NCBI GenBank assembly: GCA_013416795.1
Contig: RQSC01001009.1
Location: 4,500 to 37,778, forward strand
Origin: Prasinococcaceae sp. CCMP 1430
Taxonomy: Eukaryota > Plantae > Prasinodermophyta
Length of the DNA: 33,279 nt
Direction: 5' to 3'
Of this stretch, positions 9,479 to 17,845 are shown in pieces. Below the pieces are notes generated by a model. It worked only from the letters and a program-made list of their open reading frames with translations. It ran no database searches and was not told where the DNA came from. How positions within the stretch are numbered: position 1 is the stretch's first letter; each line of letters begins with the position of its first letter. A program made the translations under genes and the position numbers.

Positions 9479-10395
9479 CTACGCCGCGCGCGCACCTCCG
9501 CCGTCGCCGAACACAGGGCGCAGGATGCGGTCGTGGACGCTCCACACGGCGCCGCCGACGGCGCGGGAAGCAGCAGCTGCCTGCGCTCCTGCGTCGGCTC
9601 CAGCCGCCGCGGAGGCAGCGGAGGCCGAGAGCGCCGCAGTCACGCCGACAGGAAGCGCGAGTGCAGCCGTAACCAGAGCGCCCGCGACCGCCTGAGGACT
9701 CTGGCCTTGCTCGTACGTCGGCAGCGCGGCCAGGTACGTCTGCCACTCCTCCGAGAGCTTGTGATGCCGAGCACCTGCGCGGAGCAGACCAAGATAACGC
9801 TCAGATGGCAGCGCGCCCTCGATGCGGGCATCGTCAGGGTACGACAGCGTGCGTGCGGTGACGATCTCGCCAGAGGAAAGCACGCATTCGACTTCAATGG
9901 GCGTGTAGCCGGTCTCCGTGGCGAGCACGCGCTCCCAGCCCCCTGGGCGCGCGCGGAGGGAATCGAAGGCATGATGGTGCGTCAGCATCGCGGCGGACTC
10001 GTGCAACACTCGCGAGGGCTCGCCTATGAGCGTGCGCGCACCGTCCGCTCCGCACCTTCGCTCAGGCCGTAAACGACGCCGTGCGCGCTTGCGCCAGCGC
10101 ACTCGGCGACCGATGCGAAGGCCGGTTCGCTGTAGGGTAGGCCGGGCACGTCAAAGCGGAGCTCGTATCCTCGCAGCACAGAGGCATGCGCGCTCACGGC
10201 TTGGGCCTCGTCGCCCATGCGCCGCTCCAGCGTGGCGACGTCGACGTTGGCGCCATATGCAAAGTAAAATTCAGCGATCGGCGGCGGCGGCCGCAGCGCG
10301 CTCACCGCTGCGCGCGCGGGCGCGCGCCGGTGCGCGCACCGGAACCCGCCGTGCGCCGCCCCCCGCGTCGCCGCGCGTCGCCGCGGCGCCCGCAT
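9479..10395 (-). CDS. Gamma-glutamylcyclotransferase-like (GGCT/AIG2 fold) protein with Arg/Ala-rich putative organellar presequence; exons 10395-10056, 9942-9479
   Basis: YFAYGANV, LRGYELRFDVPG, HGVVYGLS, conserved E..Y (TETGY) and PSERYLGLLRAGA...L. Intron 9943-10055 (GTGCGG..GCTGAC..CCCAG) joins the two ORFs in frame. Confidence 0.87.
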
Positions 10396-10860
10396 GTTCG
10401 TTCGCCTGGGCACTGTCGCACCCACCACAAAAAAAGAAAGGCGCGCGTTTTTTTTTGTGGCTGGATCTCAAATCAATTCACATGCGCGCCGCCGCATTTT
10501 CGCCCGCATTTCTCCCAAACAATTCCGAGTTCCATCACTTTTTCACATGCGCTCTGATCGAGCTTGAAGCATACACACTGTACTGTACTGCAGTGCCCTC
10601 GGCCTCGAGATCGAGGCTGTGACAGCAGACCCTCTTTGTGGAACCTACCCTAATTCCGCTCCCGCCCCCCCCCCGTTTCGCGCTCCGCGGCGCCCCGCCG
10701 GCCGCGCGCTTCCGCCATCCCTTTTTCGCTGCCTTGCCGCGGCGGGCGCGCGTGGCGCGCCGTGGCCCACACGTGCGCGATCGCATCCCGCTTCCCCTCG
10801 TTAGGGTTCATACACGCCAGGGTTTACATCTATTTTACACACGCGCGCAGTCACGGCCTT

Positions 10861-10884
10861 CCCCCCCCCCCCCCCCCCCCCCCC
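10861..10884. repeat. Poly-C24 tract just downstream of the DCC1-like stop codon
   Basis: Homopolymer seen directly. Confidence 0.9.
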
Positions 10885-10900
10885 AACCCACCCCCATCCC

Positions 10901-11371
10901 CTATGTGGCCCTGCCGCCGTCCTCGGAGGGCTTCAGCCAGGGGACGGGGCGGTTGATTTGCTTCCTGAGCACGGCCGGCGGGAGCGCGCATGCCTCCTGC
11001 TTGCCGAAGAGCCGGTAGCGGTTGCGCGCGACGAGCATGTAGCAGAAGTCGCGCACGAACGCCGGGATGATGAGGAAGGCCGCGAGCAGCCACCAGAGGC
11101 CGCCGAGCACGCGCATCACTCGGAGCACGGCGGTGGACTTGACGAAAGACCGCGATTTGCCACCCCCGGTCGGGTACCGCTCTACGGTCACGATCGTAGT
11201 GAGGTCCATGGGCTGGCCGTGCGACGACAGCAGGTGCTGGCCGTCGTCGCTCTGCTGCGTCACGAAGTACACCTTGGAGTGCGCGTCTCGCGCGGCGACG
11301 AACTTGACGAAGCCCGAGCACAGCTTGCAGTCGCCGTCAACCAGCACCACGATGCTCTCCGGAGGTGCCAT
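10901..11371 (-). CDS. DCC1-like thiol-disulfide oxidoreductase (DUF393), ~156 aa
   Basis: DxxCxxC motif (DGDCKLC), KSTAVLRVMRVL and IPAFVRDFCYMLVARNRYRLFGKQEAC. Confidence 0.92.
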   Translation of the reverse strand: MAPPESIVVLVDGDCKLCSGFVKFVAARDAHSKVYFVTQQSDDGQHLLSSHGQPMDLTTIVTVERYPTGGGKSRSFVKSTAVLRVMRVLGGLWWLLAAFLIIPAFVRDFCYMLVARNRYRLFGKQEACALPPAVLRKQINRPVPWLKPSEDGGRAT

Positions 11372-11495
11372 CGCGCCTCCCCGGCGGGTGCCCTGCCCGC
11401 AGGGACGGCGCCGCGGGCGGCGCGCAAGCGCAAGCGCTGTGGCTCGACGCCCTGGTCGCGCTCGCTCATCACACCGCACCACCCGCTCGCTATTT

Positions 11496-11513
11496 GTTTA
11501 GGGTAACCTAAAC
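11496..11513. promoter_or_regulatory. Inverted telo-box pair GTTTAGG-gtaa-CCTAAAC in the divergent DCC1/MORN promoter
   Basis: 7-bp inverted arms with a 4-nt spacer; another AACCCTA at 11556-11562. Confidence 0.55.
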
Positions 11514-11750
11514 ATCTTCTTTTCCAATATGTTAAGTATATTGATATGTATTATGAACCCTATTCATGATTTCGTGTCAGAACGCATCTTGGCGCTTTGC
11601 GCGTGCGGGCGGCCGAAGCGCCAGCCGTGGCAGCCGAGCGCGGCGCGCCGCGCGCGGTCGCGGCAGAGCGCGCGCTGCGCGCTTGCACCTCGGGCGGGCG
11701 GGTGGGCGCGGGCAAGTGCCGGGCGGACGCTCGCGCCGCAGCACGTACGC

Positions 11751-14132
11751 ATGGTGCAGCTGGAGGAAGTGCCCACCGACGGCGGCGTGGCAGCTGCCGC
11801 TGCCGCCGCCGCCGCGACCGGTGTGTCCGCCGAAGACTTCGCCGAGGCGTACCGCAGGCTCCCCGAGGCAGTGCGCCAGGCCATGCCGCTGGTGACCTCG
11901 GACGTGTTGGAGACAAACGGCCCCGACGCCCTGCCCGAGGGTGCCATCCCCGTGATCGAACAGACGATCAAGTATGCCACTGGCGACACGTACACGGGTG
12001 AGACCATAGGCACGATTCGTCACGGCGTCGGTGTGCACCAGTGCGAAAACGGCGACGTGTACGAGGGCGAGTGGCGCGACGACCTCCGGCACGGTGAGGG
12101 CTGCATGACCTTCGCGCGTGGCCTGGAGTACAAGGGCTCGTGGGTGCGCGACAAGGCTGAGGGCGACGGCGTTTGCACGTACGAGAACGGCGATGTGTAC
12201 GACGGCGAGTGGAAGTCAGACCAGCGGTGGGGGTGGGGCGTGTTCGATATGGCCAGCGGCGACAGCTACGAGGGACAGTGGTTCGGCAACGCCATCGAGG
12301 GGAAGGGGCGCTACACGTACGCCGATGGCGCTTACTTCGAGGGCGAGTTCCGTGATGGGCGCCGGCTGCGCGGTACGTACGCGAGTGCCGACGGCCGCGT
12401 TGAGTACGTCGGCGCGTGGAAGGATGGCGCGCGCCACGGCCACGGCGTGTACCACGAGACGGGGCGGTACAAGTACATGGGCGAGTGGGCGGACGACATG
12501 CGCCACGGCGCAGGCAAGTGCGTCTTCGCCGACGGCGTCACATACGAGGGCTCGTGGGCTGACGACCGCTATGCTGGCCGCGGCAAGCTCACGACGCACG
12601 AGGAGACGCTCGAGTGCGAGTGGGTCGACGGCGTCGCCGAGGGCGCGGGCACGCTGGCCGCTACCAGCGGGGAGACGTACGCGGGCACCTTCAAGGGCGG
12701 CGTCTACCACGGCGTGGGGACATGGAAGGGGCCTGAGGGTGAGCGCTATGAGGGACACTTCGTGCAGGGCAAGCGTCACGGGAAGGGCCGCTGCGTGTGG
12801 GCAGACGGCTCGAGCTACACTGGCGACTGGACAAACGGCAGGCGGCATGGCTACGGCGTCTGCGTGTTTGCGGACGGCGTGAAGTACAAGGGCGAGTGGG
12901 AGGACGACGAGTGGGTGCAGAGCGGCGCAGAGCCGTCGCTTTGCACGATGTACGGGGCGGGGCTGGCGCGCGCGCGTGCCGGTGACACGGCGTCCTTCGT
13001 CGTCGAAGCGCGCGACGAGCTGGGCAACGCCAGGCTGTCGGGCGGCGACGGCTTCGTCGCGTATCTCGAGGAACGCGGCGAGGAGGAGGAGGGTGTCGGC
13101 CGCAGCGAGGATGGCGGCGCGCAGAAGGGCGCGCTCGTCGCGTACGGCGGGAGCGACCGTGTGTGGTGCACGGTGGACGACCGCGACGATGGCACGTACG
13201 GCGTGTCGTACATGTGCACGCGTGCGGGCCGCTACTCGTTGTATGTGATGCTCGGCGCGGAAGAGCTCGTCGGGGCGTCGCCATATGCGGTGACCGTCGT
13301 GCCCGCCAAGCCCGCGCCGCGGCGCTGCAGCGTGTCGGGTCACGGCCGTACGCAAGCGCTAGTCGGCGAGGAGGCGTCGTTTGCGGTGCAGGTGGTGGAC
13401 CGCTTCGGCAACGCCGTGCAGGTGGCGGCCGAGATCGATGTGGCCATCACCAGCTCGCAAAAGGTAGGCGAGGTTGTCGACGTGGCCATTGAGCACGAGG
13501 GAGAGGGGCGTATGCGGTGCACATACACCGCCGACGAGCCCGGCTTTTACCGCATTGATGTGAGCTCAGACGGCAGCCCAGTCGGTGCGTCGCCCTTTTC
13601 TCTTGCAGTGAGGAGAGAGGAGGTGCTCGCCGTCGAGGCGGCGAAGGGCTCGGAAGGCGGGCGGCCCGCGGTCGGCGCTGGCACCGCAATCGTAGCGTCG
13701 GTGCGCGCAGCTGTGCCGCTTCCGCAGGAGGTCGAGAGCGGCGACGCACGCGCGTTTGCCCCGGACGACCAGGTGACGCTCTGGGAGCGAATCGCCGAAA
13801 CAGAGTGGATGTTCGACGGCGTCGAGGACGGTTGGGACTCGGACGTGGAGCACGAGACCGCCGAGGAGAAGTACATGCGCGAGAACCCTGACGTCCCCGT
13901 CGTCACGGACCTACGGGACATCCACAAGGTAGGCAAATTGCAGAGGTTTCAGAAGGAGAAGGAGCTGAAAGCTCGCCAGGAACGCCTCGCTGAGCTCCGG
14001 AGGAAGCTCGAGGCTGAGGAGGGCCCTGCGCCCACACCGAGGCTCGCGCGCGGAGCTGGAACGAGCGCCGCGGCGGCAGAGCAGGGGACGGAGGAGGACA
14101 TCGGCGCGAGCATTTGCGACCTAGACCTCTGA
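11751..14132 (+). CDS. MORN-repeat protein with two filamin/ABP280 (Ig-like) repeats and a C-terminal coiled coil, ~793 aa
   Basis: More than 12 tandem YEGEW..D.RHG.G MORN units (~11970-12915). Two filamin repeats: G.GL..A.AG..ASF.V..RD..GN, DDGTY.VSY....AG.Y.L.V, and GASPY/F. Confidence 0.9.
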   Translation: MVQLEEVPTDGGVAAAAAAAAATGVSAEDFAEAYRRLPEAVRQAMPLVTSDVLETNGPDALPEGAIPVIEQTIKYATGDTYTGETIGTIRHGVGVHQCENGDVYEGEWRDDLRHGEGCMTFARGLEYKGSWVRDKAEGDGVCTYENGDVYDGEWKSDQRWGWGVFDMASGDSYEGQWFGNAIEGKGRYTYADGAYFEGEFRDGRRLRGTYASADGRVEYVGAWKDGARHGHGVYHETGRYKYMGEWADDMRHGAGKCVFADGVTYEGSWADDRYAGRGKLTTHEETLECEWVDGVAEGAGTLAATSGETYAGTFKGGVYHGVGTWKGPEGERYEGHFVQGKRHGKGRCVWADGSSYTGDWTNGRRHGYGVCVFADGVKYKGEWEDDEWVQSGAEPSLCTMYGAGLARARAGDTASFVVEARDELGNARLSGGDGFVAYLEERGEEEEGVGRSEDGGAQKGALVAYGGSDRVWCTVDDRDDGTYGVSYMCTRAGRYSLYVMLGAEELVGASPYAVTVVPAKPAPRRCSVSGHGRTQALVGEEASFAVQVVDRFGNAVQVAAEIDVAITSSQKVGEVVDVAIEHEGEGRMRCTYTADEPGFYRIDVSSDGSPVGASPFSLAVRREEVLAVEAAKGSEGGRPAVGAGTAIVASVRAAVPLPQEVESGDARAFAPDDQVTLWERIAETEWMFDGVEDGWDSDVEHETAEEKYMRENPDVPVVTDLRDIHKVGKLQRFQKEKELKARQERLAELRRKLEAEEGPAPTPRLARGAGTSAAAAEQGTEEDIGASICDLDL

Positions 14133-14176
14133 GGCGCCGCCATGCTACAAATGTTTACAAAAATTACAACAGGATC

Positions 14177-15931
14177 TCACTCAGCTGGTATGTCGACGAG
14201 CTCGACGCTGGCCACATCCTGTGCCTCCGCACCGCTGCCCTGCTCTGCGAGCGCGTTGTCGATGAGGCGCACATTTTCTGAGTCCATCCCTTGTGTGATC
14301 CCGGCGCCCTCCGGATCGCCGTCGCTATCGCCTCGGCCATCACCGCCATGGTCCACATCGATGGGGTCGTTGGGCGTGAGGTTCGGTACGAGCAGAGGGA
14401 TTAGGAGGATCGGAAGCATGCGGCACAGCGACTTCAGGGTGATTGCCGTTGACAGATTGTCGTAGTTGTCGCCACGCACTTTCAGGAATTCGAGGAGCGA
14501 CGTGCCGAGCAGCTCGGCCACAGTCGTGCCAAAGTTCGAGAGCGCCATCAGCATCGCGAACAACGTGGCCTCTACGTCGCGCGGGCAGACCTTGCTGGCG
14601 AGGACGAATGAGGGCATACTGAAGAAGCGACGGATGCACGCTGTCACAGCCGTGTCTCCGATGAGCATTGCGTGGTCCGGGATGCCGATGGCCAGGTTCC
14701 AGCGCATGACGAGAGCCAAATCCATCAGGTTGGACAAGCACAGCGCCACCTGCGCGAACGTGAAGATGCGTCTGTAGTTCACGTTCGTGAGCTTGGTGTT
14801 GTAGAGGACGACGCCGGCAAACAGGCCCAAGTTACCAAAGCAGTCAACGAAGCCGAGAAACGTGGCAGTGAATTTGGGTCCATCATCGGCCTTGGTCATC
14901 CACTGGAACAGAGCGTCAGAGACGTACGGCTGCAGGGCCTCGCGCGCGAAGAGAAAGAGCGCAACGCGCGCGAGGACCGGGTGAATCGTGCGCAGACAGA
15001 TCCGCACAGCGATCATGAGCGCGCCCGCGATGGCCAGCGTGACGCCCGCGCGCAGAGCCATCGACTCGCAGAAGACGTTCACGAAGGTCAGCGTGGACGC
15101 CGACGCAGCCATGAAAACCGCCAAGCCGCTCATCGCCCTGTTGTTCCTGAACCAGCTGAGGTCCGGCCGGCGTTTCTGCGGGGGCAGCCTCTTCTCCTCG
15201 AGCCAGCCGCGCAGGCCGCCGATGAGCACAGACAGCGCCGCGACATTTGTCGTCAGGAAGAGCACCTGGGGTCCGAACGCATCGGCGATCGCGCCGCTGG
15301 TCGTGCACGAGTACACGCCGCCCACCGCCAGCGCGCCCCAGCACAGGCTCTGCAGATCCGACGCGGCTTCCGGCACCTTGCGACTGAGCTCCGCGGTCGT
15401 CGCGTCAACCATGATGTCGGGGGTCGCCATGCTCACGTTCATCAGGATCAGAAAGGGCACCGCGCTCTGCGCCGTGAGCGGCAGCGTGCCGAGGCTTGTC
15501 CAGGCGATCACGCCCGACACGCCGGCGATCACCACATAGCTCGTCCTCCGGTAACCGAAGATGGGCAACGCATCGGACAGCATGCCGAACACCGGCTTCA
15601 TGTTCCAGGGGAGCTTCGCCGAGGCATAATAGCGCAGGGAGTCCGCGCCGTCGACGCCGAGCACCTGCGAGAAGTAGAGCTTGCGCGCGAGCTCGCCGGT
15701 GGGTTCGCCTATGCCTTGGTTCATGCCATACTGGGCGACGGCGAGCAGCACGAATCTGCCGAAGCGGGCGCGCAGCCTCTTCAGGAAGCGAGTGAGGTTG
15801 ACCGCGGGCGCCACAAGCGCGGCACCCGCCGCGCCGCAACGCCGGCCCATGCCCTCACCGCCCGCCTCGGTGCCAGCCAGGGCGTCCGCGTGCGGGTCGC
15901 CGACCATCCCCCAGCGGCCCCCCTCCGGCAT
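14177..15931 (-). CDS. Folate/biopterin transporter (BT1 family, MFS); start uncertain because of the adjacent gap
   Basis: LPWNMKPVFGMLSDALPIFGYRRTSY, PDIMVDA, SDLQSLCWG, RWNLAIGIPD and CPRDVEATLFAMLMALSNFG are BT1 signatures. Confidence 0.93.
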   Translation of the reverse strand: MPEGGRWGMVGDPHADALAGTEAGGEGMGRRCGAAGAALVAPAVNLTRFLKRLRARFGRFVLLAVAQYGMNQGIGEPTGELARKLYFSQVLGVDGADSLRYYASAKLPWNMKPVFGMLSDALPIFGYRRTSYVVIAGVSGVIAWTSLGTLPLTAQSAVPFLILMNVSMATPDIMVDATTAELSRKVPEAASDLQSLCWGALAVGGVYSCTTSGAIADAFGPQVLFLTTNVAALSVLIGGLRGWLEEKRLPPQKRRPDLSWFRNNRAMSGLAVFMAASASTLTFVNVFCESMALRAGVTLAIAGALMIAVRICLRTIHPVLARVALFLFAREALQPYVSDALFQWMTKADDGPKFTATFLGFVDCFGNLGLFAGVVLYNTKLTNVNYRRIFTFAQVALCLSNLMDLALVMRWNLAIGIPDHAMLIGDTAVTACIRRFFSMPSFVLASKVCPRDVEATLFAMLMALSNFGTTVAELLGTSLLEFLKVRGDNYDNLSTAITLKSLCRMLPILLIPLLVPNLTPNDPIDVDHGGDGRGDSDGDPEGAGITQGMDSENVRLIDNALAEQGSGAEAQDVASVELVDIPAE

Positions 15932-15954
15932 CCGCCAGTCGCGCGGCGGCCGCG

Positions 15955-16160
15955 NNNNNNNNNNNNNNNNNNNNNNNNNNNNNNNNNNNNNNNNNNNNNN
16001 NNNNNNNNNNNNNNNNNNNNNNNNNNNNNNNNNNNNNNNNNNNNNNNNNNNNNNNNNNNNNNNNNNNNNNNNNNNNNNNNNNNNNNNNNNNNNNNNNNNN
16101 NNNNNNNNNNNNNNNNNNNNNNNNNNNNNNNNNNNNNNNNNNNNNNNNNNNNNNNNNNNN
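15955..16160. other. Assembly gap (206 N)
   Basis: Run of N characters. Confidence 1.
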
Positions 16161-16903
16161 CGGCGGGCGTCGCCGCGGCGGGTGGCGGGCTCGCCCGCGC
16201 GCTCGCGCTCGCGTGCGCCGACCACTACGAGTGTGGCGACAGCAGCGGCTACCCGACGGTATCCATGGCGATGCGACACGAGCCCGGGCGCTCGCAGGCA
16301 CAGGCGTGCCTGATTCCCGCGGCGGTGTGCCTGGCGTCTGCCGACGCGGCCGTGTGCGCCGCGGTGCTCGCAGCGCGGACAGGCGCAGCAGTTGCGGCGC
16401 TCAGCGGCCTGTCAGCGGCGTGTGCTGTAGCCTCGGCGCCCGCTCTGGTATACGCCGTTATTGAGGACGCTCGATCCGATGCGCATGTGCACGCCATTGT
16501 CGCATGGACGGGGCTACGCCTCGCCGGGGGCTTGCTCCTGTTGCCGTGCCTGTGGGCTGCTGCGCTCGCGCGCCGGGCAGGCGCGCTCCTGCTCGCCCTG
16601 AACGGCGTCCGCACCGTGCTGGCGTTGGGCCTGCTCGTGTGTGGCGCCAAGCTGGCCTCGCGGGGGCCGAAAGGAGACATGCCGGGCAGACTGCAGTGGG
16701 GCACAGTCTTCGCGCTCCTGGTGTTCCTCCTGCTGCTGCTGCCAGAGGCGGCGGCAGTGCGCGTGCGGCGCTGCGGCGTCCAGGTAGTGGCGGCCGGCGG
16801 CCCACGCGCCGCCTACGGCAGCAGGCCTGCAGACGACGGCGATGGGGCCGGCGGCATAACCACCGCTCCGCCACGTGCCACGATAGGAGGATGGGCGACG
16901 TAG
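16161..16903 (+). CDS. Multi-pass membrane protein, probably Frag1/DRAM/Sfk1 (PGAP2-like) family; 5' end lost in the gap
   Basis: Open frame with ~5 hydrophobic helices. YPTVSMAMRHEP resembles the family P.IS...P motif, with H..A at a helix start (DAHVHAIVAW) and QW before the last helix. The family call is by resemblance only. Confidence 0.55.
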
Positions 16904-17845
16904 TGGTAGTGGGCGATCTCTCTTGAGATAGATAGCTAGTGCTGTACTGATGGACACATGTCTTTATCTCGAACTCTGTTGTCATGCTTGGCGGTTTGGC
17001 GGGAAATCGCACCGTGCCACCGTGCGTGGGTGGCGGCGCCCGCGGTGCAGCCAAGGGGCGCCCTCACTTCGCTCCCTCTCGTGTTGACGGCATGGGTCCC
17101 ACACACTCTTCGAGCGCACACGCTCGCTTCGGAGCTTCCTGCCACGGCCTGACACGTTGACGGCCCTTGCTCGGTCACTGCACCGGTGCGTGTCTGGCGC
17201 CGTGCATACAACAATGATGGCCGTGAGTTCCAATGGCGGGGGTGCCGCGGCGGCTCATCTTTTCACGTGCTCATCGCGCGGGCGCGTGCCCTCGGTGCCC
17301 TCGGCTCTCTGCCCTCCCCCATCTTCCCTCTCGCTCCCTCCGTCCCGGCCCGCCACGGTTGTAGAGGCGTGCGGCGCCTCCTTCGTGAGGACGGTGGGCG
17401 TGCTCGTGGGCATGCACACGTCCTTGGGTCCGCGTGCGCGACGCCCAGTCAGCGCGCCCGCGTGGCGCCTCGCCGCGAACCAAAGCGCGCGGCCACGATT
17501 GCGCGCGCGCGGACGTGCGTCGCACGCGCGCACTTGAGCAGGCGAATGATGGGCGGCGCGGGAGCGGGCGGGCGGCCGGCCGGCGGTGATTGCTATGGGC
17601 GCACGCGACAGGGGGGGAGCCGGCCCGGGGTGGGGAGCGCGCGGGTCGGGGCGAGCGTCCCCTGGCCGCGCGGGGGCGCGCGCGCATTTTTTTTGGAGTG
17701 TCAGTTTTTGCGCACGGCGGCGGCGGCGCCGCCGGGCGCGCGAAAATCTGCGAACAGCCCCTCGCCGGTGGGAGGGGGGCTGCTTCGCCGCCGGCTGAGG
17801 ACAGCTAGTGCCGATCGCCGCACGGCCCTTGCCCCCTCGCGCGCG

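Noticed and set aside
14672-16903. ORFs that read through the N gap (743 aa on +, 700 aa on -)
   Set aside because: The frame across an estimated gap is meaningless; each side belongs to a different gene.
16904-17845. Small ORFs between the Frag1-like and LNR-LamG genes, and the 220-aa N-terminal extension of the 17186 ORF
   Set aside because: Low-complexity Arg/Ala/Gly translations that cross promoter-like T/A tracts. The ATG at 17846 gives a sensible signal peptide.
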